A stretch of DNA of 64,000 nucleotides, taken from Camelus dromedarius (Eukaryota). Numbering within the stretch: position 1 is the first letter of the stretch; each line of letters opens with the position of its first letter. The stretch is from assembly GCF_036321535.1 (NCBI RefSeq), contig NC_087437.1:41418001-41482000 (forward strand), in the 5' to 3' direction. Position numbers and translations under genes: made by a program. The notes below the pieces were generated by a model, which did not search any database, was not told where the DNA came from, and was given only the letters and a program-made list of their open reading frames with translations. This document shows, one piece after another, positions 1 through 13,300 of the stretch.

Positions 1-229
1 CAACTGTTACAAATAGGTTCCGTCACTGGATCTAACGCCATTCAGTTGATAACAGATTAATGACCAACACAACTCTTCTACCCCCACCAATTGGCCTCTC
101 ACTGCCTAAGGCAATTCCATCACATGCCTCAGGCTAGCCTTCTGCAAAGAGGTCCAAGTCATTTCTTGGATTTTGTATATATGACAGTAAATTGGCATTC
201 ATCAAGTGAGAAGAGAACAATGTGACATC

Positions 230-530
230 ACATGCTCCAATCTGATGCAATAATAACTACTCAACATTGACCATGAAGTATCCTTGCTAAAAATATTTAA
301 CCTGAAAGTAATTATAAGAGAATCATCACATGTCCAGAATGCAGGACATTCCACAAGACAACTGGTCAGGACTTCTAAAAAAAATTATGCCAGAAAGAAC
401 AAACAAGACAGGAAGGCTCTCCTAGATTAAAAATAAAATAAAATACAACACTCGGTTTGATCCTGGATTGGGTAAACATAGCTATAAAACTGAGAAACTA
501 GAAAGTTGAATATGGACTGCGTAGTTTACA
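230..530 (+). mobile_element. Old L1 (L1MC/L1ME-like) 3' fragment
   Basis: Motifs 'aaaaatatttaacctgaa', 'ggacattccacaagacaactggtcaggacttct' and 'gatcctggattgg' are typical of ancient L1M 3' UTRs. Confidence 0.45.
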
Positions 531-2307
531 AAAGCTTTATCAGCTGCACCTATTTACTCTATTTTACTTAAAGCCAAGATCCAATTTAGCATCAGTCACC
601 CCTACAAGTATTATTATGTATTTTCTGTATAAATCATGTCCTTCTCCAGTTACATACATCTGGTCACAGTGAGATCTGTATCCTGAGTTCAACAGGGCTT
701 AGCCTCCACAGGGCATCTTTAATGCTAATTGGAGGAGACAGGCCTTGTAAATCCTTATTTACAAGATGCAATCTGTATTTCCTAAGCCTGTCTGCCTTTT
801 ACATTTCTATTATTCTTTTTGTGTGTTTCTCCCTCTCTCTTCCTCCCTCTCACTCTACTCTCCCTCTCCTTTCTCTCTCACCGTTAACATTTAGTATACT
901 TCTTGTTAAATACTACTTCAACCACTAAATTGTAAATTCTTTGAAAGTAGAAATGATACCTGGTTAACCTTGGCATTCCTTGAGGCTAACATAATGCCTC
1001 ACATACAGTATGTAGATAAAAGGTGGTTGTTGAATTTTTTAAATTACTGTACTTTAGACTGTGTGATGACTATTAATTTGCTTGAATTTTTACATGATCC
1101 TGAATCTCTCTGTGCTACAAAAGATATTGAAGAACTAATGTATCTTTCATATTTTGCAACTTTCATTCAATTGCCAAGCCTCTTATATATTTCATGAAAT
1201 GTTTAACAATAAAACTACCCTTCAGATCTTAAAAAAATATTTTTGAAGACATTGGAAAATCAAGACATTCTTTCCATGTATAAAAATTCAACGTGACTCA
1301 ATAAGTCAGTATCACGCCTTATTTCAAATTGAGATGGCATTACGAACATTTAGTATGATCTTCTGAATACTCTGCTAACAAAGCTTATTTCACCAAATCG
1401 TCCCCACATCATGATTTATACACCTTTCCCCATTCACATCGACTGTATCTTCACTCACCCTCTTCAATGAGAAATTTTACAGTTGCTTATTTCTTTAGTA
1501 CTTATTGAATTGATTCCAGTATTGTGAAAGGTGTTATAACATTTAAAAATCATTTAACTTTCTGCTTTTCATCTCACACCTTGCTTTTTTAATTTCCATT
1601 TCCATTTGTGAATCTTGACATTTGTAAGTGTCCTGGATCATCAGGCTCTGAAACATTCCACATTCTACTTTACTGAAATCAGACTGCTTGCTGAGCTTCA
1701 ACAATTATCTTTCTTTTACTACTAATATCCTTTGTGGCCATCTCCAAGACCACTGCCTTTGCTGGGGTCTCATGCACCCCCTTCCTATAATCAAAATGTT
1801 TTGCACGGCAAGCTTTCTCCAAGGCCACATAGCATATCCCAAAGAATTACAATGACCTAGTTCCAGAGTGTCACTCCAGATAGATTTCAGCCAGAGGCAA
1901 ACAATATACAAAGCATCTTTCCTTCAGCAACTGAGCCTCATTTCTAAGAACTGCTCCCTCTCTGAGAGGATAAGCCGGTGGAAATCAAGCCCTGAGAGAA
2001 AAAGAGGCCGTGGGTTTGGTCACTACCCAGCTGCACAATCCTGGGAAGTGAGGCTCTGAGCTTAGCTTTCTCATCTCTGTAACAGAGCAGTCAGACTAGG
2101 CCACCTCTCACTTGCTTTCCAATTCTAAGATTCTGTAATTCCATTGAGTGTTCCTATGTGGGACAGAGAAAGGAACAAGATTATTAAATTTTAGAAATAT
2201 GCATACTTTTGGGTAGCTCTTCTGTATTCTGTTACCTCAATGTATTTGGGGAACTCTGGTGATTTCCAAAATGACCTACAAAACCTTCAGAGATTAAAAC
2301 ATGGCCC

Positions 2308-2869
2308 AAACCATATGACCCAGTAATTCCACCCTTAGGTCTATACCCAAGAGAAATGAAAACATATGTCTGCATAAAAGTTGCACACGAATGTTCATAA
2401 CAGAATTATTCATACCAGCCAAAAAGTGAAAGCAACCCAGATGTCCATCAACTGATGAACGGATAAACAAAATGTAGTATATCCATACAATGGTGTATTA
2501 TTCAAAACGGAATGGAATCCCAACAATGAATGGATATTGCAACTTTTACGCTAAAGAAGCCAATCACAAAGGACCACATATGATATTAATCTAATTTTAT
2601 GAAATGTCCACAATAGGCAAATCTAGACACAGAAAGTAAATTAATGGTTGCCTAGGGCTGGAGTGAGAAGGGTGTTGGAGGGAAATGGGAATTGACTATA
2701 ATGAGTAAGAGGTTTCTTTTCGGGGTGATGAAAATGTTCTAAAATTAACTGTGATGATGGCTATACAACTCTGTGAATATACTAAAACCCACTGGATTAC
2801 ATACTTCAAATGGAGAAACTGCATGGTATATGAATTCTCTCTCAATTAAACTGTTTTTTAAAAATACAC
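2308..2869 (+). mobile_element. L1MB-like LINE-1 3' end, 5'-truncated, with TSD
   Basis: 'ccatatgacccagtaattccac...cccaagagaaatgaaaacatatgtc...gatgaaaatgttctaaaatt...' is an L1 ORF2 end plus 3' UTR. Flanked by direct repeat AAACATGGCCC at 2297-2307 and 2870-2880. Confidence 0.88.
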
Positions 2870-2924
2870 AAACATGGCCCCAGATCACTACCTAAGGATG
2901 AAAGAATAAAGACCTTTTGAAAGA

Positions 2925-3125
2925 AGCCCTGGTTCAAATCCCAACACCCCTACTCGATAGCTGTGTGGTCCTAGGTCAGGCTCTTAACCTCCAGTTCTCC
3001 TAACCTGTGACACGGGGAGAACACTGCAATCTTTCTCAGTTGGCATGAGAATCAAATAAGGTGATGCACCGTGTCCAACATACACTAAGCACTTAATGGA
3101 TGGCTGTTGTGGATTTTATTATGAT
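2925..3125 (+). mobile_element. MIR SINE
   Basis: 'ctggttcaaatccc...agctgtgtggtcctaggtcaggctcttaacctc' matches the MIR core. Confidence 0.7.
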
Positions 3126-3964
3126 TCCATCAGTAGGAGACCGGGTTATCTATTTTTTGAAATGAATTGATTTCAAAGCTCAGGCACTGAATGTGACTGC
3201 AAGTTTTTAGTAGCTAGTGCATAAGGAGAAACACTCATTTTTCATTTTCTGGCAACAGAAGTCAGTGCCACTTACCCGGAGGCTGGCTATCCTGTGTGTT
3301 TTGACTCAAGAAGAGGCAGTAAAATCAAAATGACTTTTAGTGTCAGTCGTTCCAATGGAGAATTATAACACACTTCCAGGTAGCCAAATACCTCAGCGAT
3401 TTATGCCCAGAACTTGTCCTCAATATGTGCTGACTAATTAACTTATTCATGCCTGACTTGAGAACATTTTAATTTCAACCAGCATTTAATAAGTGTTGGT
3501 GAGATACGCCTGGTGCTGGCCTCTGGGGCTGCACAGAAGGAGCAGAGCTGGTCCCCACCCTCAGGGAGTCTGTATTCCAACATTCAGTCCTAAACTAATT
3601 GTAAAATTTAGTTTCACTGTAATTTTGCCACTGTTCCAGCTCTCCAAATGAAAAACACTAAAATCGCTCAGTATGGAGGCAGGTAGTTGAAAAAAGCTGC
3701 CACACTCAAGGCAGTGCCCACCTTGCCGAGCATTTCTGAGGCCCAGTTCCACCACAAGCCGAGGGAAGAACTCGCGCCAGGAGCTGAGAGGTCAGAGATC
3801 TCTCCCCAGCTCCCAGCTCCACCACTAACTGAGCCATGAATCCACACCACTTCACCCTTGTGCCTCTGTTTTCATCACTAAAATACAAAGGGCCTAGCCT
3901 AGATAGTAAACTAAGTTTCTCCATCACTTAGGACCAAAAAAATGCTTATACTAGTTGCACAAAC

Positions 3965-4090
3965 ATTTTTCCAGCTTTATTGCGATATAATTGATACATA
4001 ACATTGTGTAAGTGTAAGGAGTACAGTGTGACAATCTGATGTGCATATGCTGCAAAGTGATTACTATAAGGTGAGTGAACACATCCAGCA
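3965..4090 (-). mobile_element. L1MA-like 3' terminal fragment
   Basis: 'ttttccagctttattgcgatataattgatacataacattgtgtaag' is the reverse complement of an L1 3' end. Confidence 0.7.
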
Positions 4091-4907
4091 CTACTTACTA
4101 CTTGCACATAAACTGAGTGCAAGTGACCATTCTAGTTCTCAGTGTAAATTAATAAATTGGTACAATATTCTCTACAAGATGCTGAACATGTCCCACTATA
4201 CATACAAGCACACATAACCCAGAAAACATCAAGTGAGGTCCCTGAGCCTCATGGTAGAAATGACCCATTGTGGTAAATTCACTCACAAGAGGAGTGTCCT
4301 CTCAGGAGAAAGTCCATCAGCCTATCATCTAGAAAACACACACTTCTTTCCATAGCTCTTGCTTGATACTGCATGTAAAGTGATGCTGTGGTTCAACTTT
4401 GACACATATTTTCCATCATAAGTCGTAATATTATCAGCTCTTTTTGGGGCCCGTGATTGCACACCACAAATACACACACATACACACAAATACACACGTT
4501 TATATACATGTAATCAAATATTCACATTGTTGACAATTGGGCCATTTACTTCTGTGCGTTAGTAAATTACATTATAAACATGAAGATAATATTTACATAG
4601 TTTTTAAAAACTAGCTAAATAGTGTCTGCTTTAATTCAATAATTATTAATTGCTTTTTAAACGCTCTACTTTCTCAAAATAACTTCTTTTGTCTAATTAC
4701 TTTTTTAAAGAACTATTGTTAGAAAAAAAGGAAAATAAACTTACTTTTAGCAATTACACATTCATTAAATACCTAATATGGAGCAGAAACTGGGCTGTGC
4801 ACTCAGATACAAAGATAAATAATTAATGAGAGACTCTAGTTAGCTTTAACACTTGATGAGTTCATAATCAAGTGAAACTACAGTAAAAAAATTTTTAATT
4901 AAAAATG

Positions 4908-5230
4908 TATTTCAGCTTTATTGAGATATAATTGACATATAATATCAAGAGACTGTGTACAGTATTTTGATTTAATACACTTATATATTGCAAAATGATT
5001 ACCACTGTTAGCATTAGCTAACACCTCCATCGAGTCACATATTTACCAATTTCTTTTTTGTGATGAGAATATTTAGGATCTTCTCTCTTAATAACTTTCA
5101 AATACATTATTGCTAACTATAATCACTATGCTGTACACTAGATCCTTAGAACTTACTCATCTTCTTACTGGAAGTCTATACCCTTTGACCAACATCTCCT
5201 CATTTCTCCCACCTCCCCTCAAGCCCCTAA
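4908..5230 (-). mobile_element. L1MA-like 3' end
   Basis: 'cagctttattgagatataattgacatataat...ctataatcactatgctgtacactagatcc...ccctttgaccaacatctcc'. Confidence 0.8.
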
Positions 5231-6524
5231 AACTTTTTTTTAATCAACCAAACTAATTCTTTTCATTGATACAATGAAGAGCTCATTAGTGCTCTAACAC
5301 TTCCCAGATGGGTTGGCTTTGAGCAATTAAAATCTTCAGAACCTTGGACTCTTCCTCTGCACAAATGAGAAGGCAGACTAAGAAGTCTATCACATCCCTT
5401 CTCCAATGGAAGTATGTGATTCTAACTGCCATTTTAAGCCAGGCTGAACTTTCCATCTGTTTCTACAAAGTACCATGGCTAAAGCTGCAAACATTTTGGC
5501 CAATATGCCAATCAGTCAATGTGTGGCATTGTATCAATATGTGAACAGTTCTTTACTGCATAGCTATATAAACCTGTGCATGAGTTACTGAACAGAGGAA
5601 ATAGCTACAATCACCCAACTCGTTTAAACCCAAACTCTTCACGTTAAAACATAATCTGAATGCATACTAACTGGTACATTGCATTTATGTGGACTCCCAT
5701 TCAATTACATATGATTAATTTGTGTGCTTTAGAAGAAGGCAATGAAGTCAATATTTGTTTTTAATATGCATGTACTAATTTATGTGAAAACCACAATTTA
5801 AGCAGCCTGCCAAATATCAAAACATGGGTATTACAAACAAATTTTTCTCAGATTGCTGTTAGTTATGTTATAAATAGTAACACTAATTCACTTTAATACA
5901 AATGCCAACTTTTTAGCACCTTTTTGGCTAAATATAGATAAGTATGCATAATTTGACTATCTACAAATTCTAATTTTAAGAAATTATATTTATCACTCAT
6001 ATTATATTTATTACTCATACCTACACAGTACTTATGCAGAAAACATCCCACTGGTAACTTTTTCAATATTTTTTTAAAAGTTTTAATGTGAACAATGTGG
6101 GTTCTACTTATCAAAAAATGGAAAAAGTGACAGCAACATGAATGTAAAAAAGCATTTTTTTTTTAATCAAGATCATCTTGGAATACATACAAAACTATTT
6201 TAAACAGGAATGAATTCTACTCAGTTCTACCTGGCCTCAAATCTCTCCCCACCTTGACTGGAACTCCATCCTCCCTAGACCCTCTAAATCTTTCTCCCTT
6301 CCTTGGTACCTGTCAGTTCACCCCTTCTCACTATACTCTACCACTGTCAACCCTTCACTGCTTTCCTTATAAGACCATGACTCCTCAAGTCCAGACACAG
6401 ATACTGGTGACTGAGGAGGGAAAAGGTTATGGTCACTGGAGTTGGGCAGGGCAATGAAGAGCAAGACCCAGGTGTTAAATGGTAGTCTACCTGCACAAAT
6501 AATTCACTCAAGAATGATGAAGAC

Positions 6525-7268
6525 AAGTGCAGCCACTATGGAAGACAGTACGGAGGTTCCTCAAAAAGTTAAAAATACAACTGCCATATTATCCAGCAAT
6601 TCCTTCTGAGTATTTATTCAAAGAAAATGAAAACACTAATTCGAAAAGATATATGTACCCTCATTTTAAGAGCATCATTATTTGCAACAGCCAGGACACA
6701 GAAACAATCTAAGTGTCCATGAATGGATGAATGGATAAAGAAGTTATGAGATACACACACATACAAACAGAGTGGAATAGTACTCAGGCATAAAAAAGAA
6801 ATCTTGCCATTTGCAACAACATGGATGGACCTTGAGGGCATTATGTTAAGTGAAATAAGTTAGAGAAAGACAAATTCTGTATGACCTCATTTACATGTGG
6901 AATCTTAAAACAAAAACAAGTGTATAGATACAGAGAACAGATTGGTGCTTACCAGAGACAGGGGATGGAGGAAGGATGAAGGTGGTCAAAAGGTACAAAC
7001 TTCCAGTTATAAAATAAATAAATCATGAGGATGTAATGGACAGCATGGTGGCTATAGTTAATAAGACTGTATTGCGTATTTCAAAGTTGCTAAGAAAGTA
7101 AATCTTAAAGGTTCTCATCACGAGGAAAAATTTGCAACTATGCATAGTGACAGATGTTAACTAGACTTATTGTGGTGATCACAATATATACAAATACTGA
7201 ATCATTATGTTGTACATCTGAAACTAATATAATGTTATGCATCAATCATACCTCATTAAAAATAAAGA
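6525..7268 (+). mobile_element. L1MA-like LINE-1 3' end (ORF2 C-terminus plus 3' UTR)
   Basis: ORF 6527..6712 (QPLWKTVRRFLKKLKIQLPYYPAIP) is the L1 ORF2 C-terminus, followed by a typical 3' UTR and A-rich tail. Confidence 0.9.
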
Positions 7269-8069
7269 ATGATGAAGATGATAAACAAACAAACAAACAA
7301 AAACAAAGGGGAAACAGATTGATGTAAGATCTTCAAAGATGAGTAGAAGAGACCATAATCTTAGTAAACAGCAGACAAAAGGAACACAGAGTGATAAAGC
7401 ATAACATTCGGGAGCTAGATTAAATGATCTCAAAGATGCCATTCATTGCTAACATCCTTTTGTTGGTTGACTGGTTATTCTAACTAGGCCCTAAAGACAT
7501 TTCAAGAATCCTACTGTTTGATCTCCTGTAGATTCTTCAGCAGATTGCCCAGATAGACCTATTTTCATACCTTCCCGACCCTTCTAAAATCCCCAGTCAT
7601 CCCCTCTGTGTCTCAACAGATAAACTGGCTTCCTTCTTTACTAAGAAAAATCAAGGTCACCAGAAAGAGATTGCTCACACACTCTCCTTTGCATCTCAGC
7701 TCTTAAATTTCTTCACCTATCTTTTCTTCTTCCTAATTTGAGGAAAAATTTTCCTGACTTCTAAGATTAAATCCTCTGCCTTTGATCGTCTTTTTTTAGC
7801 CTCCAGAATCTAAAAGCTTGTACAAGTTTATTAACCTTGTGAGAGTTTATTAATCTCCCCAATACTCAGGCTTCTTTTCTTAGCTGTAAAATGTAATAAA
7901 TGCCCACCGTGTAAGGCGGGTTGTAAGATTTAAATACAATAACACATTAACAGAGTGAGGAGCTTAACAAACAGTAGCTGTTAGTATTGCCCTGTAATGC
8001 CTGTCTCTCTCAATTACCACACACATTTATTCTCATGTTAATTAAAAAATCACTTACAGCCAACTTTCC

Positions 8070-8810
8070 AAGAGGCATTCAAGCCACTGGGAATATAGCC
8101 ATGAACTAAATCAAGAGACCAGTCCTTGCCCTCATGGAGTTTACAGACAAGTAGGCAGAGAAAGACAGACAATAAATAAAACACAAAAGTAAATTACATA
8201 GGGTTAGAAGATGTTAAGCCCTATGGAGCTGCAATTTATGAAAGCAGGTCCTGGGAGTCCTCACTTAAAAGATGGCATGTGCATAAGCAAAGACCTCAAA
8301 GAGCAGATACTCGGAGAAGAGCATCCCTGGAAGGGTTGAGGAGTAGCAAGGAGGCCAGTGTGGGGAGGACAGGGGATGAAGGCAGAACAAGGGAGGTGGG
8401 GGGAGGGGTGCAGATCTCACGCCAGGGCCCCATAGGCCATTGCAAGGAAATCAGCAGTTACCCTGATCAAGTAAAAGAGAAGAAGCCACCAGGGAACTTT
8501 GTATAGCGCACGATCCAACCTCATCGTTACTAGGATCAGTCCAGACCCTGCAATGGACAGACCCCAGATCAAGGAAGGAGTTGGGAGGTCAGTTAGGAGA
8601 CTACTTCAGAATTCAGGAGAAAGATGATACTGACTGATTGACATCAGTAGGTGTGAGAAGTTGCAATTCTGAATATATTTTTGAAGGGAATATAGTACCA
8701 AAAGGATTTTCTGATGGATCCACTGCAGTGCGGTGCAGGAAAAGGGGAGAGCCAGTGACGCCTCCCAAGGACGGATGGGGTAGCACGCAACTGAGATGGA
8801 CATGACAGCA
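8070..8810 (-). mobile_element. L2 LINE fragment
   Basis: 'ctgggaatatagccatgaac...ccttgccctcatggagtttacag...aggagtagcaaggaggccagtgtgg' are characteristic antisense L2 motifs. Confidence 0.7.
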
Positions 8811-9376
8811 GGGTCGTGCCTTTAGCTCTCCCCCAACATTGCTTCCTGGGCTTGTCATCAACTACCTAAAGGTCTTCCTCACTTTAAGAAGAGGAAAGAA
8901 AGCACATTAGCTTTCTGCGGTCCTAATGTCTCCTCATGCTGGACACTACATCTCCTGCACAATTACCCTGTAACCACTGCTTTCCCTTAAGGACTTTCCT
9001 CCCCCTTCCCCCACTACAAAAGACACCTCCTCTTCCCTTCCACATCACACTCCTGCAGGGTCCCCAGCACACTCCAATCGTCCAGTCCAGCAGCTGGGAT
9101 TCTCTGTTGTCAGCTTCTTGCTTGCTGTAGCACCAGCCACTGCCTAACTACCTCCTTCCTCAGATTCTCATCTTGGTGGGAAGATCTTGTGATCATTCCT
9201 TCCACATTCTCCTCTTTCTCTTTTATGGTCTCTTCCTCTGACTTTCTCTCAGATACCACAGCCTCTGAACTCTGCTCTGTTCCTCCAAAGCTATACTACC
9301 AGGACCTCACACAGCCATTCCCTTCATTCTGACTGTCCCATTTCTGTACCTGGAGCACTGCTGACTGAACAAATGA

Positions 9377-9403
9377 ATCCATCCATCCATCCATCCATCC
9401 ATC
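9377..9403. repeat. (ATCC)n microsatellite
   Basis: About 6.5 tandem ATCC units read directly. Confidence 0.9.
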
Positions 9404-10869
9404 GTTGTATCTTCTATATTTAGTTTTCACCTGTCTCCCAAGCTCCAGCTCTGTATCTACAACCAGAAACTGCACATTCCTGTTAGAAGTCATGCTGCCC
9501 TGTTGAACTCCCTGGGCCTAAATTAACACACCAACCTAGCTGTGCCTCCAGATGCAGTTTCAGAAAGCAGATACAAAAATGAAGACAAGAAAGGAAACAT
9601 AAATGGATCATAAGGGACAGAGATCCAAAGAAAGCAAACAGATATTTATTCCACAGGAAGAAATTCAATAGTGAATAATAAAAACAATAAAGGTAAATAA
9701 TCACACATGGACCAAAACCAGCTCCCAGGAGCAAAAGTGCAAAGTTCCAAGCAAAATAACTGAAAACAGACCCCACCTGTGCCCAAAAAAGTAATTTCAA
9801 ATACTTTTTAAAAGTCATACAACTAATAAGGCAGAAAATCAGGTTAACCATAAAGTAATATCACCAGGCCCAACCTCACACAAGCCAATGAACCACCTAC
9901 AAAGTCTGGTGAGGAAAGAGTTGTGATAAAACAATTGCACTCCCAAATTACTGTTCACAAAAAAAGGCAAAAGAAAAATGTTAAGCTATGCAAGAACTCT
10001 TAAAATATCACACACACAATATTCCTCAAAAAAAGGAAAGTATACATTTCAGCTAATTGAAGATAAATCATAATAAACACAAGAATATAACAGAGAAAAC
10101 AATCAATTTAGTATAATCAATTTAATGCAAATCATAAAAAGCACACCTGAAAAACAATGCATTATATTAATATATTCCAATTTTAATTTAAAATGTAATC
10201 TTTTAGAAAACAAGGATATAATATTAAGTTGAGATCAGATAAGATCTCAATCTACATCAGTTCAAATTAAACATTGGGATGCGTAGGAGAAGCGAGTGAT
10301 GAAGGTGGGAAATAAGGTATCACTCTTTATTATGCAACAAGGACATTAAAAGATCCATTTTATTTAACAATTTGCATAATTAAAGAACCACAAGTTTAAG
10401 TACATATTAAATTGTATGTCTGAAAACAGCGTATATAGGAAAACAAAGCAGGCACGAGGGAAGGTGGAATTCAAAACATAACAGAAGATCAGACATATTT
10501 ATGGCAATAAAAGCAAATGGTTTAAACTCTGTGTTTAAAAGAAAACTCTCAGATTAGGCTCAATAACAAAATCTTACTACATGTGCTGCTTTTAAGACAT
10601 ACAGAGAAATAATCAAGACAAAGTTTGGAAATAAAAAGGAAGATCAACTACATCAACCAAAAACAAAAAGTCAGAAAACCACAATTAATTCCTAGGAAAA
10701 GCCATTACCTGTGACAGAGTATTTTTATATTAATAAAAATCATTATCTACTATGAAGTTATAACTGTTAAAACTTACAAAGCAAATAATACAATATAGGC
10801 ACTTATAACATACACAATCAAAAACGATGGAAAAACAAGTTTTACCAGGAGACCCAGAAGACATCCTTG

Positions 10870-11400
10870 TCTGATAATTCTTCCAGATCACATTTAGAAT
10901 CATTTTTGTCAAATCCTAAAACAAATTCCTGCTTGGTATTTTTATTAAAGTCCCATATTAACACAGGAAAAGTGGACATCTTTACAAAGTTTTGCTATCC
11001 AGGAACATGGATATCTCATGCATTTACTCAAGTCTTCAGTATGCTCCCTGTTATGATTTAAATTTTCCTTCATATAGGTCCTGTCGAGTTCTTGTTAAAT
11101 TTATTCCCAGATATTTTACAGTTTTTATTATTATTGTAAAGCTATCCCTTTTTTCAAATGTATTTTCTGATTGATTATTTTGTCTGGCTAATAAGAATGC
11201 TACTGACTTAGGTATACTTATTCTGTATCCAACATTGAATTATTATAGTTCTAATAATTTTTTTAGTTAATTCTCCTAAGTTTTAAAGGTATCATTTATA
11301 CAAAATGAAAATAATGTCCCTGTCATCTAATAATTATAATTCTTATTTCTATTATGTCTTGCCTTATTTCAAATGGCTAAAATTTCCAGAACACTATACA
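10870..11400 (-). mobile_element. Ancient L1 ORF2 fragment; resumes at about 12190-12445
   Basis: 'cttgttaaatttattcccagatatttta', 'aatgctactgactt' and 'ggctaaaatttccagaacacta' resemble antisense L1 ORF2. Similar sequence resumes after the SINE and LTR insertions. Confidence 0.65.
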
Positions 11401-11469
11401 TCATTACTGGTCCTTATCTTAACCCTAACATCCTTGTATGGTCTCTCATTCTGAAAGAAATATATATCA

Positions 11470-11602
11470 GGGTTGGGGGATAGCTCAAGTGGTACCGCAC
11501 GTGCTTAGCATGCACGAGGTCCAGGGTTCAATCCCCAGTACTTGTAAAATAAACAAACAAACAAACAAACAAACTACACCCCCCCCCAAATTTTTTTAAT
11601 TA
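11470..11602 (+). mobile_element. tRNA-Ala-derived SINE (camelid vic-1-like) with TSD
   Basis: Head GGGGGATAGCTCAAGTGG...GTGCTTAGCATGCACGAGGTCCAGGGTTCAATCCCCAGTAC (A box, B box), then (AAAC)n, a C-run and an AT-rich tail. TSD AAAGAAATA(T/C)ATATCA at 11454-11469 and 11603-11618. Confidence 0.9.
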
Positions 11603-11618
11603 AAAGAAATACATATCA

Positions 11619-12170
11619 ATTAGGATGTCTGCAACTGCAAATAAATGAATACACAACTAGAAGTGGCTTAAACAATGAGGAAATTGTTAGCTAGTGTAAC
11701 ATGAAGTCTGGAGTCAGGCCAGTTCCAGGGCTGATTAATTCAGGTGCCCAACAATGTAGGGACCCGAGTCCGTTCTTCTGTGACTCTCCAAGCTTTCCAC
11801 TCACGGTTGCCAGATGGCTGCAGCAAATCTAAGCATCACAGTCTTAGAGACGATTTCCAAGTGCAGGATAGGGAAAGTCTCATTTTTAAAAACCTGTTTG
11901 TAAAAGTGAGGAAAACCTGCCCAGGAGCCCCCAGTAAAGCTTCTCCTCGTCCCCCCTCATTGGCCAGGGTTGTGCCATACGACTTGTCTAAACTCATCAA
12001 CCAAAAAATGGAAGCCAAATGATTGACTTCATCTACTCCACCTCCTCCACACTGGGGCTGGAGAGAGTTCACTCTCCTGAGAATTTAGGGGGGTAAACAC
12101 CCAAACAAACTCAGAGCTTCGACAGCAAGAAAGAAGATGAGAATGGCTGATAATCAACAGTGTCCCCATA
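11619..12170 (-). mobile_element. MaLR LTR (old MLT1-like)
   Basis: 'ttaggatgtctgcaactgcaaataa...agtggcttaaacaat...gaagtctggagtcaggccagttccagggctg...gatggctgcagca' resembles an antisense MLT1 LTR. Confidence 0.6.
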
Positions 12171-13079
12171 CACGGTGTCTGGGTTTTGACAATTAGGTAA
12201 GAGGTGGGCTGTTGGTTTCAGGAACATTATCCATCAAGTTAAGAAAGAATCTCCTTATTAATAAGAGTAATAAGAAAGTAAGAGTTAGTATAGTAAGAGT
12301 AGATTTCTTCATTTTGCTTTGCTTTTTTAAAAATCAAGAATGACTGCTAAATTTTACCAATACCTTTTGGCAACTGTGGAAATGATTCCAGAGCTAATAA
12401 CTTTTGGCCTTCCAGTATGTTGTATTGTATTAACAGATTTTTTAAGACAGAAATAAGGGTACTTCAAGGCTTAAAAGTTTTCAGTTCCATACTGATTAGC
12501 AATTTTTAGACTTTCTCATTACAAAGCAGGACACACACATTGTTGCTTATTAGTAAACAACACACAGAGACACGTGCACACACACACACATACACATATA
12601 AAATTTACCCACATCCTTTATCAGATTGGAATCAGAGGGTGGCAAACAGGGGAGAAAGCTTGTTTTGGGGTGAGGACAGCAGGGCAGGAGCACACAGGGA
12701 AGGTGCAAAGTTCACCTCTACGGAACAACCCACACTTCATCCACATCAATATTCTGCAACACTGGCGCTCCCACCACAGAATCGTTGTGAATTGCTTTAA
12801 GGTACTCAGCTTCCCGGACATCTCAGTGCCCATCTTGGTCCACTTCCCCCACCTTCCTTGCCCCACACAACTATCCTTCTACCCTGGTTTTCCTACTGAA
12901 TGTATCTATTTTTCTGTCTGTCTCTCCCACTACACTTTGTGCTTCTTGAGGGCAGAACCTATACCTTGTAAACCTACCTACATACACCCAAATTGCTTGC
13001 TTTGCCCCAGATTCACAGTGCACTTTCTAACTGTTTGAAAAAATGATGCTGGTGTTGAATGTGTTGAACATTTTATCGC

Positions 13080-13300
13080 GCAATTTGTAATATGGTAAGC
13101 ACTGTCCTAAGTACTTTATATGAAATATTTTTTTAATTCCTACAATTTCCCTAGATATACTATTATTATCTGCATTTAACAGGTGTAGGAAAAGCCTAGA
13201 GAATTTGCATAACTTGCCCCAAGTTGCAAAGCTTTTAAGCTGGAGAGCTGGGACTCAAATCCAGAGCCTGATCCCTGATGTAACCTCTAAGCCATTCTGC
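13080..13300 (-). mobile_element. MIR SINE
   Basis: 'gcactgtcctaagtactttata...tattattatctgcatttaacagg...taacttgccccaag' is an antisense MIR. Confidence 0.75.

Noticed and set aside
9483..9851. 122-aa hydrophobic minus-strand ORF
   Set aside because: Phe/Leu richness comes from reading the complement of A-rich, probably L1-derived sequence; not a credible membrane protein.
11470..11545. Functional tRNA-Ala genes (also 19337-19411 and 55598-55674)
   Set aside because: Each has a simple-repeat/A-rich tail and altered 5' end, and at least two have clear TSDs, so they are SINE copies.
12540..13038. 154-aa ORF and overlapping ORFs
   Set aside because: They start in a (CA)n repeat, have no recognisable protein features and lack exon context.
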